Source: Candidatus Cloacimonadales bacterium (GTDB lineage Bacteria; Cloacimonadota; Cloacimonadia; Cloacimonadales; JAFGVF01). Taken from it: a DNA stretch of 64,000 bases. Shown here in pieces: positions 1-9,819 of the stretch; the first letter of the stretch is position 1, and every line of letters starts with the position of its first letter. The stretch spans positions 352,001 to 416,000 of the forward strand of contig OY782781.1 of NCBI GenBank assembly GCA_963678315.1, read 5' to 3'. The position numbers and the translations under genes are program-made. The notes beneath the pieces were generated by a model. It did not search any database, was not told the DNA's origin, and saw only the letters and a program-made list of their open reading frames with translations.

Positions 1-2
1 TT

Positions 3-134
3 TCAAACTATGATGGAGGAAGCCTTAGTCCGGGGAGCTATTCTTGGCGAGTAGACGCTTTTAGATACGACAATGAGCTTGAATTCTATTATGGGTCTGA
101 ATCCTATACTTCAACCATCATTGTTTCAGATTAA
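3..134 (+). CDS. 3' end of an upstream gene (partial), possibly ending in an Fn3/Ig-like domain
   Basis: Open frame from the window edge: SNYDGGSLSPGSYSWRVDAFRYDNELEFYYGSESYTSTIIVSD, stop TAA at 132-134. 'L.PG.Y.WRV.A' is a typical beta-sandwich motif. Confidence 0.6.
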   Translation, partial: SNYDGGSLSPGSYSWRVDAFRYDNELEFYYGSESYTSTIIVSD

Positions 135-197
135 TTTAAAATCTTGACGTAATTAGAAAATATTAAAATTATGATAAAAACATATAAAGGGGCCCAT

Positions 198-674
198 GTG
201 AGAAAATATTTGTTAATAATGATATTATTAATTATTGCTACTTTGTCTATGGCACAAGATGTACCATCAGGTATCAATAATGCTTCAGCATATTCTTTTT
301 CTGGTGCTGGTGAAGATCAGGAACAGCTAAAGATAAATGCCTATATCTGGGGAGAAGTTAAAAAACCAGGACTATACATTGTTCCTGATAACACTGACAT
401 ACTAACTCTTTTAGCTTTGGCTGGTGGACCTACTGACGATGCAAGACTACAAGATGTTAGGATTGTTAGGTCTTACGGTTCTCAAGAAGAAACCATTGCT
501 GTAGATTTAGAATCATACCTTGAAACTGGAGACAGAGATTATAATTATTCTCTAAAACCAGGAGATACTGTAATTGTTAGGGGAACATTTTACCGTAAAT
601 TTAAAGATTTTGTAACTTTTATGTCTGAGATAGGTATAATTTTATCAGTCTATCTGACAATATTAAACCTGTAA
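198..674 (+). CDS. SLBB-domain polysaccharide export protein (Wza-like)
   Basis: Signal peptide; SLBB motifs 'IWGEVKKPGLY...LLALAGG' and 'LKPGDTVIV'; C-terminal hydrophobic helix; directly upstream of wzc. GTG at 198 after AAGGGG preferred over ATG at 171. Confidence 0.8.
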   Translation: MRKYLLIMILLIIATLSMAQDVPSGINNASAYSFSGAGEDQEQLKINAYIWGEVKKPGLYIVPDNTDILTLLALAGGPTDDARLQDVRIVRSYGSQEETIAVDLESYLETGDRDYNYSLKPGDTVIVRGTFYRKFKDFVTFMSEIGIILSVYLTILNL

Positions 675-684
675 GTGAGGGATA

Positions 685-3192
685 ATGAGCGATAATCATA
701 ATAATGAACATAAAAATATATTTGAAGACGAAATTAAAATATCGGATTATTTAGCAATAATATATCGATTTAAGTACCTAGTTTTTGCAATATTTATTGT
801 AGTAGCTATAGGTGCTTACTATTACACATCAAAACAACCCCTTATCTATGCATCTTCTGGTAAAATTTTATTAGAAAGTCAAAGTAAAAGCTCAGATTTA
901 TTGTTTATGGGTGGCATGGGAAATGATAAGACTGATTTAAATAACAATATTCAGATTATGCAGTCAAGTGCAATTATGCTCGAAACTGCTAAGAAACTTG
1001 TCCAGTCTGAGAATTTTACAAGTTTCTCATTGCCTGAAACAAATTTGGCTAAATCAAATCCTAACTATCAAAGATATGTTAAGTCAATTTCAGGTGAAAT
1101 TAGAGGCAAATACAAAATTGAATCAATTAGGGATACTGATGTTTTAACTATAGGGTATGAATCAGAATCTCCTAATGAGTGTTCTGAAGCTATTAATGCC
1201 CTTCAACTAGCTTTTCAAGAAGAAACAACTCGCTATGCTAGATTAGAATATACTCAAATTAGAGAATTCTTAGAAGATAGAGTAAAAGAAACTAAAACTT
1301 ACCTTGATGATGCAGAACAACAGTTAAGAGATTTCAAGAAGGAAAATCAGATTTCTGAGTTATCTCCTGTATCAGAAAAACTAGTAGACCAAGCCAGTAC
1401 TTTTGAAGCTGATCTTCATACCGCTATGACAGACTCACTTCTTAAATATACTGAAATTAACATCATTAAAAAGAAGATAACTAATCAAAATATAATATTA
1501 AATGACCTATATATTAAAGACCGTGATTTAACTAAAAGATTAGAAGACAAGGCTAAAGATAAACAAAAATTATCTGATGATGAGTTAGCTATAGTAGACA
1601 CTTTAGAGTCAGACATACTCGCTGATCAAATCGATGAAGATTATTTTTTAACCCAAGAAGAGGAAAAAGAAGAAGATGTTGAGGCTATAGCTTCAATTGA
1701 TAATATATTAAACAATGGACTTATTCAACAATTGATGGCTGAGATTGTTGAAAAAGAACGATTCATTATTAAGTTAACTTCAAAAAGCAATTACAATAGT
1801 GAACATCCTGAGCTTACTAAGCAAAATGAAGAGCTTTCAAACTTAAAAAGAGAATTGAAAGATAAGATTTCAGAAACAGTGCAAGTTAACACACTACAAG
1901 ATCCTTTCTCATACAGATCTAAATTAATCGAGAAATTAGCTAATGTAGAAAGTGAATATGAAATAGTTTCTTCAAGACTTATTGGTTTAAGAGAAACAGT
2001 AGAGTATTATTCAGGTGAAATTAGTCAACTTCCAGACCAAGAACTTGAGCTATCAAAACTCACTAGAGATAAGATGTTTAATGAGAAGATACATACACTT
2101 ATTACTGAAAGGTATGAAGATGCTAAGATTGCTGAAATTTCTCAGTTAGGTAATGTTAGAATACTTGAAACTGCAGGTATTCCAAGAATACCAATTAAAC
2201 CTAAGAAAATGATGAACTATCTTATTGGTGTAATTTTAGGACTAGGTATAGGTATTGGTGCTGCATTTTTAGCTCATTCTATGGATACCAAATTAAGAAC
2301 TGTTGATGATATTGAAAACTTTGTTAAATCTCCAATCGTTGGAACAATTCCATTTATTGAGCTACCTGTATCTGAGTTAGATGAGTTAAGTAAAATGATT
2401 CAAGAAGCTTCCCCAGAACGGAAAAAGAAGTTGCAAAGATCATTCAGTCATATTAATGGCCAATTAATTTCTCATTACTCTCCTAAATCACCTGTTGCAG
2501 AAGCCTATAGATCATTAAGAACAAATATTATTGCCAATAAAGATGCTGGACCAATATCATTTTTGATTACATCTTCAAGTCCTAAAGAAGGTAAATCAAC
2601 AACAGTTTCAAACACAGCAATCACTCTAGCTCAAATGAACAGTCGTGTTGTTGTTGTGGACATTGATATGAGACGTCCAACTGTGCATACTAAGTTTGGA
2701 ATTGACAAAGAGAATGGTGCTAGTGATTATCTAATTGATGACACTTTAATCTTGAAAGATGTTATAAAACCTTCTGGTATACCAAATTTAGATGTAATTA
2801 CTTCTGGATTCATTCCACCTAATCCTTCTGAGCTTCTTGCTTCACAAAGAATGGATGAGTTCTTAACAAAATTAAAAGAAAACTATGATTATGTTATCTT
2901 TGATACTCCACCTATTATTGCGGTTACAGATGCTATTATCATGGCTAAGAAAGTAGATAAAGTATTTGTAGTTATGAGAGTGTCACATACAGAAAAAGCG
3001 ATTCTAAATCGTGCTAAAGAAATTCTTGATAACGTTGACAAGCAAATTGATGGTTTTGTTGTTAATGGTATTAAGGTTCAAAAATACTATAGTAGACATA
3101 AGTATTACTATTATTACTATTATTATTACTATGGAGAAGAAAATAAAAACAAGAAAAGAAGAAATCGTTTCAGTTTCTTACGCAAAAATTAA
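685..3192 (+). CDS. wzc: Polysaccharide co-polymerase / BY tyrosine kinase (Wzc family)
   Basis: Wzz-like N-terminal TM, long coiled coil, 'PIKPKK' plus TM, 'AEAYRSLRTN', Walker A 'PKEGKST', 'DIDMRRP', 'IFDTPP', C-terminal Tyr cluster. Confidence 0.93.
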   Translation: MSDNHNNEHKNIFEDEIKISDYLAIIYRFKYLVFAIFIVVAIGAYYYTSKQPLIYASSGKILLESQSKSSDLLFMGGMGNDKTDLNNNIQIMQSSAIMLETAKKLVQSENFTSFSLPETNLAKSNPNYQRYVKSISGEIRGKYKIESIRDTDVLTIGYESESPNECSEAINALQLAFQEETTRYARLEYTQIREFLEDRVKETKTYLDDAEQQLRDFKKENQISELSPVSEKLVDQASTFEADLHTAMTDSLLKYTEINIIKKKITNQNIILNDLYIKDRDLTKRLEDKAKDKQKLSDDELAIVDTLESDILADQIDEDYFLTQEEEKEEDVEAIASIDNILNNGLIQQLMAEIVEKERFIIKLTSKSNYNSEHPELTKQNEELSNLKRELKDKISETVQVNTLQDPFSYRSKLIEKLANVESEYEIVSSRLIGLRETVEYYSGEISQLPDQELELSKLTRDKMFNEKIHTLITERYEDAKIAEISQLGNVRILETAGIPRIPIKPKKMMNYLIGVILGLGIGIGAAFLAHSMDTKLRTVDDIENFVKSPIVGTIPFIELPVSELDELSKMIQEASPERKKKLQRSFSHINGQLISHYSPKSPVAEAYRSLRTNIIANKDAGPISFLITSSSPKEGKSTTVSNTAITLAQMNSRVVVVDIDMRRPTVHTKFGIDKENGASDYLIDDTLILKDVIKPSGIPNLDVITSGFIPPNPSELLASQRMDEFLTKLKENYDYVIFDTPPIIAVTDAIIMAKKVDKVFVVMRVSHTEKAILNRAKEILDNVDKQIDGFVVNGIKVQKYYSRHKYYYYYYYYYYGEENKNKKRRNRFSFLRKN

Positions 3193-3979
3193 CTTAATAT
3201 TAAATGTTGTTTCGAAACTTGATAACGGTTATAATGAACTCAAAACCATATTTACTACTATTGATTTAAAGGATAACGTAAAATATTCTTTGACAAAAAG
3301 TAATGATATTGAAGTTTTGTCAAATATATCAGAACTGTGTGGACAAGCTAATCTTGTTCACACAGTTGCTACATATTTGAAAAATAGATATTGTGTTAAG
3401 AACAGTGCTAAAATTTATATTGAGAAGAACATTCCTTTATCCGCTGGATTAGGGGGTGGTTCGAGTAATGCAGCTAACGCTATAATCGAGTTGGATAAAC
3501 TTTGGAATCTCAATTTAAGTTTTGAAGAAATGAACAGTATTGCTTCCAAGTTTGGAAGTGATATTAACTTTTTTTTATCAGGTCATAGTGCAGTTGGCTT
3601 ACATAGGGGCGAAATTATTGAACCTATAGAACCATTACACATTGACAACATCTTACTAGTTAAACCAACTTTAGGGATATCGAGTAAAGAAGCTTATGAT
3701 CTTATAAAAGAAAGAAAATTGAATACGGATTTTGACGTATTTATTAAGACATTGGATTATAGTCTATTATTCAATGATTTACAAGTTGGTATTTCAAACA
3801 AGTACAAAATTATTAAAGAAATAGTTGAAGGAATCAATTCATTTGGTGCAATCAAAGCTCAAATGTCAGGTTCAGGTTCTACATGTTTTGGTATTTTTGA
3901 AAATAAGGAAACATTAGTTAGGGCTTTTAACTATTTTAAAGAACAAGGATATTGGGTAAAAATAACAAAAACAATATAA
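3131..3979 (+). CDS. ispE: 4-diphosphocytidyl-2-C-methyl-D-erythritol kinase
   Basis: 'AKINL', GHMP motif 'KNIPLSAGLGGGSSNAA', 'GSDINFF', 'MSGSGST'. Start taken at ATG 3131 because the track start at 3011 lies deep inside wzc. Confidence 0.93.
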   Translation: MEKKIKTRKEEIVSVSYAKINLILNVVSKLDNGYNELKTIFTTIDLKDNVKYSLTKSNDIEVLSNISELCGQANLVHTVATYLKNRYCVKNSAKIYIEKNIPLSAGLGGGSSNAANAIIELDKLWNLNLSFEEMNSIASKFGSDINFFLSGHSAVGLHRGEIIEPIEPLHIDNILLVKPTLGISSKEAYDLIKERKLNTDFDVFIKTLDYSLLFNDLQVGISNKYKIIKEIVEGINSFGAIKAQMSGSGSTCFGIFENKETLVRAFNYFKEQGYWVKITKTI

Positions 3980-3991
3980 ATAGGAAGTAAG

Positions 3992-4939
3992 ATGTTTTCA
4001 AGATTAAAGATTTTCTCAGGGAATGCTAATCTTCCATTGGCTAGAGAAGTTGCTGAACATGCCGGTATACCTCTAGGTGATGTTGATGTTTTTAAATTTG
4101 CAAATGATGAAACTTTTGTGAAGATTAACGATAACGTTAGAGGAACAGATGTTTTTTTAATTCAACCAACTTGTTACCCAGTCAACGACAATTTAGTTGA
4201 ACTTTTAGTTATGATTGATGCTTTCAAAAGAGCATCTGCTCAAAGAATAACTTGTGTTATACCTTACTATGGGTATGCAAGATCTGATAAAAAAGATCAA
4301 CCTAGAGTTCCTGTTACTGCTAAACTAGTTGCAGATTTGCTAACTGTTGCCGGTGCAGATAGAATTGTTACTGTTGATTTACATGCAGACCAAATCCAAG
4401 GATTTTTTAATATCCCAGTTGACCATTTATTCTCAATGACTACTTTTGCAAGATATTTTCAAAGTGTAGTTAGCAATGAAGAATTAGTAGTTGTATCTCC
4501 CGATTCAGGTGGTGCCAATAGAGCTAGATCTTTTTCTCAGAGACTTAAATGTGATTTAGCGATCGGAGATAAAAGAAGAAGTGGAAATGATGATGCTGCA
4601 GAATTACATAATATTATCGGAAATGTAGAAGGTAAAACTGCTATTCTCTTTGACGATATAATTGATACTGGTGGAAGCTTGACTAAAGTAGCTCATGCAC
4701 TAAAAGAAAATGGTGCTAAAAGAATCTTTGCTGCTTGTGCTCATGGAATTTTATCTGGTCCTGCTATTGAAAGACTAGAGGATTCTCCTATTGAGAAGCT
4801 GTTTATCACAAATACAGTACCACTTAATGAAGAAAAACAGAAATGTACAAAAATTGTACAACTTTCAATAGCCGAGATGTTGGCTATTGCAATAAAGAAA
4901 ATTCATATTGAAGAATCATTAAGTATTCTTTTTAGATAG
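3992..4939 (+). CDS. prs: Ribose-phosphate pyrophosphokinase
   Basis: 'PYYGYARSDKK', 'DLHADQIQGFF', 'VSPDSGG', 'DDIIDTGGS'. Confidence 0.97.
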   Translation: MFSRLKIFSGNANLPLAREVAEHAGIPLGDVDVFKFANDETFVKINDNVRGTDVFLIQPTCYPVNDNLVELLVMIDAFKRASAQRITCVIPYYGYARSDKKDQPRVPVTAKLVADLLTVAGADRIVTVDLHADQIQGFFNIPVDHLFSMTTFARYFQSVVSNEELVVVSPDSGGANRARSFSQRLKCDLAIGDKRRSGNDDAAELHNIIGNVEGKTAILFDDIIDTGGSLTKVAHALKENGAKRIFAACAHGILSGPAIERLEDSPIEKLFITNTVPLNEEKQKCTKIVQLSIAEMLAIAIKKIHIEESLSILFR

Positions 4940-4958
4940 AAACGAATGTGGAGGAAAA

Positions 4959-5561
4959 ATGGTTATTAAAATTGAAGCTGAAAAAAGAGCTTTAGGAAAG
5001 AAATCAGACCGTAAAAATCTCAGAAAAAGTATGAAAATACTTGCTGTGATTTACGGACAAGGTAAAGTTGGAACTAACATCCAACTTGATGCTCCTGATT
5101 TCATGAAAGCTTACAAAAAAAGCATTGGCGAACTTGCAATATTTAATGTTAACGTAGATGGTGAAGAACATCGTTGTATCATTAAAGATAAACAAGTTCA
5201 TCCAGTAAGAAGAGACTTTTTACACGTTGACTTTTTAGAGCTCAATCCTGGCCATGAAGTAACTCTCTCACTTCCTATCAAATTCGTTGGTGAACCAGAA
5301 AGTTTAAAACTCGGTGGTGTATTAGATATCATCCAAAGAGAATTAACTATTTCTTGTTTACCAAAAGACATCCCAGAAGATGTTGAACTTGATATTTCTA
5401 ATCTTGAAATTAACGAAGCTTTACACGTTAGTGATGTTACTATCCCTAATGTTAGTATCAAAGATGCTGACGACATAGCTCTTGTTATTATTCACGAAAA
5501 GAAAGCTGAAGTAGAAGAGACTGCAGAAGGCGAAGAAGCTGAAGAGACACCTGCTGTTTAA
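4959..5561 (+). CDS. rplY: 50S ribosomal protein L25/Ctc
   Basis: 'AVIYG', 'QVHPV...HVDF', C-terminal TL5 domain; sits between prs and pth. Confidence 0.95.
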   Translation: MVIKIEAEKRALGKKSDRKNLRKSMKILAVIYGQGKVGTNIQLDAPDFMKAYKKSIGELAIFNVNVDGEEHRCIIKDKQVHPVRRDFLHVDFLELNPGHEVTLSLPIKFVGEPESLKLGGVLDIIQRELTISCLPKDIPEDVELDISNLEINEALHVSDVTIPNVSIKDADDIALVIIHEKKAEVEETAEGEEAEETPAV

Positions 5562-5564
5562 ACA

Positions 5565-6140
5565 ATGAAACTTGTAGTTGGTTTAGGGAATATTGGCTCT
5601 AAATATGCTAATACCCGGCACAATATAGGATTTATTGCTTTAGACTATTTTGCAGAGAAGTATTTCTTAGATTTTAACAAAGAAAAGAATTATTTCTATG
5701 CTAAGCACGATAATGCTATTCTAATAAAACCTCGGACTTACATGAATCTTAGTGGTATTGCAGTTCAATCTGCATTAACTAAATTTAGAAACATTACTGA
5801 TATTTTGGTATTAGTTGATGATTTAGATTTACCATTTGGAAGAATTCGAATTAGGAAGTCAGGAGGAACCGGTGGACATAATGGACTTAAGTCTATCGCA
5901 AATTCATTAGGAAGCAACGAGTATGGACGAATTAGGATTGGAATTGGAAGACCTAATTCAGATGAAGTAAAACAGTTCGTTCTGGCAAAATTTAGCCAAG
6001 ATGAACGCATTAAACTTTCCGACGTGAAAGATTATTTAAAAGATTTAATTGATATCTATATTGATAAAGATGTGAACAATCTTTTAAATTTTAATAGCGC
6101 AAATAATGTGACCTATTCCGAGAAAATCGGGATCAACTGA
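5565..6140 (+). CDS. pth: Peptidyl-tRNA hydrolase
   Basis: 'GLGNIG..Y..TRHNIGF', 'KPRTYMNLSG', 'GGHNGLKSI'. Confidence 0.96.
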   Translation: MKLVVGLGNIGSKYANTRHNIGFIALDYFAEKYFLDFNKEKNYFYAKHDNAILIKPRTYMNLSGIAVQSALTKFRNITDILVLVDDLDLPFGRIRIRKSGGTGGHNGLKSIANSLGSNEYGRIRIGIGRPNSDEVKQFVLAKFSQDERIKLSDVKDYLKDLIDIYIDKDVNNLLNFNSANNVTYSEKIGIN

Positions 6141-6151
6141 CCATAGGGAGG
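6111..6151 (+). promoter_or_regulatory. Putative S6:S18-binding leader RNA of rpsF
   Basis: CCTAT pairs with ATAGG next to the SD; inner hairpin TCCGA-GAAAA-TCGGG; 'GACCATAGGGAGG' just before the rpsF start resembles the CC-plus-SD arrangement of S6:S18 leaders. Confidence 0.5.
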
Positions 6152-6156
6152 AATAA

Positions 6157-6444
6157 ATGGTTAGAAAGTACGAAAGTATGATTATTCTTAACGCTAAACT
6201 GTCACCAGATGTTATTAAAGAAGAGCTAGCAAAAGTAGCAAAAATAATTACTGACAATGGTGGTGAAATTGTTGAGACTGATGATATGGGTAAGAGAGTT
6301 CTTGCTTATCCTATTCAAAAACTCACTGAAGGATATTATTACATTAATTACTTTAGAATGGATACTGACAAAGTTAAAGTTCTTGAAGATAATTATCGCA
6401 TTGATGAAAATATAATCCGTCATAACCTAATTGTTTTAGATTAG
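6157..6444 (+). CDS. rpsF: 30S ribosomal protein S6
   Basis: 'RKYESMIIL', 'GKRVLAYPIQK...GYY'; rpsF-ssb-rpsR order. Confidence 0.96.
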   Translation: MVRKYESMIILNAKLSPDVIKEELAKVAKIITDNGGEIVETDDMGKRVLAYPIQKLTEGYYYINYFRMDTDKVKVLEDNYRIDENIIRHNLIVLD

Positions 6445-6452
6445 GAGTTATC

Positions 6453-6935
6453 ATGGATTTGAAATTCCCAAGACTGAATAGACTTGTAGTTTCAGGTAGA
6501 TTAACCAGAGATGGTGAAATTAGATATCTACCAAGCGGTAGAGCTGTATTTAATTGCAGTATAGCTATCGATGATGGATATTGGGATAAACAATCAAATC
6601 AATGGGTAAGCCAACCGGTTTACATGGATGTAACCGTTTGGGGACCTCAAGGCGAAAAAATTGGCAATGTCATTAAAAAAGGAAGCCCTGTTATTGTTGA
6701 AGGTAGTATAAGACAACGAGCTTACACTACTCAAGATGGGCAAAATAGAAGAATTACAGAAATTAATGCTGATAAAATTCATAGTTTAGAACAAAACAGA
6801 ATGGATGATAACTATAATTCAGGTAATAATGGAGGCTATAATAATGCTCCTCAAAATAATTATCAGAATAACCAAACAAACACTTCTGAGAAAAGACCTG
6901 AACCTGACTTCATTAATGATGATGTTCCATTCTAA
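6453..6935 (+). CDS. ssb: Single-stranded DNA-binding protein
   Basis: OB fold 'GRLTRD...VTVWG...KGSPVIVEG', N/G-rich linker, acidic tip 'DDVPF'. Confidence 0.97.
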   Translation: MDLKFPRLNRLVVSGRLTRDGEIRYLPSGRAVFNCSIAIDDGYWDKQSNQWVSQPVYMDVTVWGPQGEKIGNVIKKGSPVIVEGSIRQRAYTTQDGQNRRITEINADKIHSLEQNRMDDNYNSGNNGGYNNAPQNNYQNNQTNTSEKRPEPDFINDDVPF

Positions 6936-6949
6936 ACAAAGGAGAAAAC

Positions 6950-7183
6950 ATGCTTTACGATAAAAAAAGAAGATATGGCAAAAGAAAATATTGCAGATTC
7001 TGCAAGAATAAAGATATTGAAATTAATTATAAAAACACTGATGTAATTAAACAGTTCATTTCAGATGTTGGCAAAATTGAACCAGCTCGTTTAACAGGAA
7101 CTTGTGCTAAACATCAAAGAAAACTTACAACCGAAATCAAGAAAGCACGTCATATGGCTCTATTGCCATACATTGCTGAATAA
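6950..7183 (+). CDS. rpsR: 30S ribosomal protein S18 (Zn-binding form)
   Basis: 'CRFC', 'GKIEPARLTGTCAKHQR', 'KKARHMALLPY'. Confidence 0.97.
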   Translation: MLYDKKRRYGKRKYCRFCKNKDIEINYKNTDVIKQFISDVGKIEPARLTGTCAKHQRKLTTEIKKARHMALLPYIAE

Positions 7184-7185
7184 GA

Positions 7186-8022
7186 GTGTTATTAACTTTA
7201 ATTTCTAGTGTTATAACACTTATTTCCCCTTTTTGGGGTATGATCTTTTTTACAGTTAATATATGTGATTTATTAAGAAAAGAAACTAAACAAGTTAACT
7301 TGCATATACTAGCTTTTTCAGTACTGAGTTTAGTATTAACTTTTGTACTAGGAGCTGAGTTAGTTAAGTTTGCTGATTCTTTCCTAGGAGTTGGGATTGC
7401 TTTATTCCTATTTTCTAACCTTTATTTTAAAATAGGATTTAGCAAATCAATTGGTATTTTTGCTATTTATGAATTCTGTTATGGATTAGCAAGAAAGTTT
7501 GTCTTTATTGAATACTTTGAAAAGATGTTTAATATGGAGAACTTTGAAGCAATCTTTACAAAAGAAATTTATAGTGATTATCCCAACTTCGCTCAAGAAT
7601 TCACCAATATTTCTAATATTTATTTAGATAATATGGTTGCAATTTGGACTTTGCCAATAATTTTTGCTTTCTTTGGGGGAGTACTTATTGGTAAAAAGAA
7701 CCCTCTAGTTAAGATACAGAGTATAGCTTTTAAGATACCAGATTTTGTGGTATATTTATTAATGATAGCGATGGGTTTAGCAATATTCCCAGAAACTAGA
7801 TTTGTTGGATTACCATTAACTCTAACAATAGCTCTCTTGCTGTCAATTCAGGGTTTTCCAATTGTTTGGTTTTGGCTCTTACGTTCAACATATAAAAATA
7901 CTTTATTAAGAACATTAACCTATTTAATTATATTTATTAATTTCCATGTTTTTGTGGCTATAAGTACAATAATTGGCTTAATAGATATATGGTTTAACTT
8001 GAAAAATGGAGTACAGAAATGA
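7186..8022 (+). CDS. Multi-pass membrane protein, YybS/DUF2232-like
   Basis: Several TM helices, 'QG' motif and terminal 'IGLIDIWFNLK'; located between rpsR and rplI as yybS is. Confidence 0.65.
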   Translation: MLLTLISSVITLISPFWGMIFFTVNICDLLRKETKQVNLHILAFSVLSLVLTFVLGAELVKFADSFLGVGIALFLFSNLYFKIGFSKSIGIFAIYEFCYGLARKFVFIEYFEKMFNMENFEAIFTKEIYSDYPNFAQEFTNISNIYLDNMVAIWTLPIIFAFFGGVLIGKKNPLVKIQSIAFKIPDFVVYLLMIAMGLAIFPETRFVGLPLTLTIALLLSIQGFPIVWFWLLRSTYKNTLLRTLTYLIIFINFHVFVAISTIIGLIDIWFNLKNGVQK

Positions 8023-8462
8023 AAATATTATTAATTACAGATGTAAAAGATTTAGGTATGGCTGGAGACGTAGTTGTTGTAAAAGATGGTTATGCTCGTA
8101 ATTATCTTTTACCTAAAAACTATGCTGTAATGGCTACAAATGATGCATTAAAGAAGATAGAAACTATAAAAGCTGATGCTGAAAAAATTAGAAATGCTAA
8201 GATTGAAGAATATAAAGCAACTATTAACAAATTAAACAATGTTGCATTAACATTTGTTAGAAAAGCAGATGAAAATGACAGTTTATATGGTTCAGTAACA
8301 GATTTTGATATTGTTAATGCTCTTGCAGAACAAGGTATTAACATAAATAAAAATAACTTAGTAATTGGTCACAGTATTAAAGACTTAGGTGATACTGAAG
8401 TTAATGTTGACTTCGGATCAGATTTAACAGCTACTGTTAAAATTTCAGTAGTAAAAGAATAG
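8019..8462 (+). CDS. rplI: 50S ribosomal protein L9
   Basis: 'LGMAGDVVVVKDGYARNYLLP', 'LYGSVT'. Confidence 0.97.
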   Translation: MKILLITDVKDLGMAGDVVVVKDGYARNYLLPKNYAVMATNDALKKIETIKADAEKIRNAKIEEYKATINKLNNVALTFVRKADENDSLYGSVTDFDIVNALAEQGININKNNLVIGHSIKDLGDTEVNVDFGSDLTATVKISVVKE

Positions 8463-8478
8463 ATATAGGAGATTCCCT

Positions 8479-8865
8479 ATGGCTAACAAAATGGTTCTCA
8501 AAATAGTTGGTTTTTTAATGATTGTATTTAGTATATTTATACCTTCTTACATCATGAAAAACTTTGACTTTAGAAATTTACTAAGCTACGAGCATACTTT
8601 CTCGGGTTCTTTGCTATTAACTCTTGTAACACTTTTATTAGTTGTTGTAGGTTTTGTAGCATATTACCTAATCAATATCAAAAAAAATACAGGTCTAAAA
8701 GTTGTCGGATACATTATGATTTTTGCAATAGCTTTTACTCCTGCTTTACTGATGATTCCTTATGATAAAAGCTCAAATGCTCTGGGAACCGCATATTTAA
8801 CCTTGGTAGCAGTATCTGTTCTTTCTTGGGCTGGTTTTAGTGTTGCCTTAAAAAAACGTGACTAA
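8479..8865 (+). CDS. Hypothetical membrane protein (about 4 TM)
   Basis: SD AGGAG; four hydrophobic segments; internal repeat 'LK(I/V)VG(F/Y)(L/I)MI'. Confidence 0.7.
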   Translation: MANKMVLKIVGFLMIVFSIFIPSYIMKNFDFRNLLSYEHTFSGSLLLTLVTLLLVVVGFVAYYLINIKKNTGLKVVGYIMIFAIAFTPALLMIPYDKSSNALGTAYLTLVAVSVLSWAGFSVALKKRD

Positions 8866-9175
8866 TTCTTTCAATAGAATAAAAAATAATATCTCATCTG
8901 TTATTTTTAAAATAGGTGGGAAAAAATATCACGATTTAATAGTAATTGCTCTGTCATGGAAGGACGTTGTTGGTCCCATAATGGCAGAGCATTCTTTTGT
9001 TGTTAAATATGTTAATTATACTCTATATGTGGGTGTTTCTCAAAGTGTATGGTTACAAGAATTTGTTTTAAATAAGCAAAGGTTGCTTAATGATTTAAAT
9101 AATGCTGTTAAAAAAGATTTATCAGCAGAAATTAAGAATATTATATTTATTTTAAGAGAGAAAAAAAATGACTAA
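8858..9175 (+). CDS. DUF721 / DciA-family protein
   Basis: 'WKDVVGP..A.H', 'LYVGV..SVWLQE' match the DciA/DUF721 pattern. Confidence 0.75.
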   Translation: MTNSFNRIKNNISSVIFKIGGKKYHDLIVIALSWKDVVGPIMAEHSFVVKYVNYTLYVGVSQSVWLQEFVLNKQRLLNDLNNAVKKDLSAEIKNIIFILREKKND

Positions 9176-9809
9176 AGTTTCACCGTCAATATTATCTGCA
9201 GATTTTTCAATTCTAAAAGAAGATCTAAATAAAATTTCTGACGCAGGTGCTGATTTTTTACATATTGATGTTATGGATGGGCACTATGTACCTAATCTTA
9301 CATTTGGTAATCCTATCATCAGTAAGATTAATTCTTTTAGTAAAACACCATTAGATGTTCATTTAATGGTTACAAACCCTTCAGATTATTATACTTTTTT
9401 ATCTGAGTTAAATGTTGAAATGATTTCATTTCACCCTGCAACAGTTCATCATCTTCATAGAGAAATCTATAAGATTAAAGAATTAGGTATCAAAGCTGGC
9501 GTGGCTCTCAACCCAGGTGAATCAATTAGCCTTATTGAAGAGGTCTTACCTGATGTAGATTTCGTTCTCATTATGTCTGTTAATCCTGGATATGGAGGAC
9601 AGTCATTTATTAGCAATACTAGTCATAAAATTGAAAAGTTAAATGAAATTAGAAAGAATAATAATCTTACTTTTGAAATAGAGATTGACGGTGGAGTAAA
9701 TAACAATAATGTTTCCCTACTTAAGAAAGCGGGAGTTGACATCTTTGTAGCTGGGTCTTATGTATTTAAATCAAATGATTATGCGACTGCAATAAAAACT
9801 TTAAAGTAA
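9168..9809 (+). CDS. rpe: Ribulose-phosphate 3-epimerase
   Basis: 'PSILSADF', 'HIDVMDGHYVPNLTFG', 'MSVNPGYGGQ', 'IDGG'. Confidence 0.97.
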   Translation: MTKVSPSILSADFSILKEDLNKISDAGADFLHIDVMDGHYVPNLTFGNPIISKINSFSKTPLDVHLMVTNPSDYYTFLSELNVEMISFHPATVHHLHREIYKIKELGIKAGVALNPGESISLIEEVLPDVDFVLIMSVNPGYGGQSFISNTSHKIEKLNEIRKNNNLTFEIEIDGGVNNNNVSLLKKAGVDIFVAGSYVFKSNDYATAIKTLK

Positions 9810-9819
9810 CGGAGTAATT

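Noticed and set aside
3011..3130. N-terminal extension of IspE in the ORF track
   Set aside because: It is the alternate-frame reading of the wzc 3' end ('ITIITIIIT' mirrors the Tyr run) and is not IspE-like.
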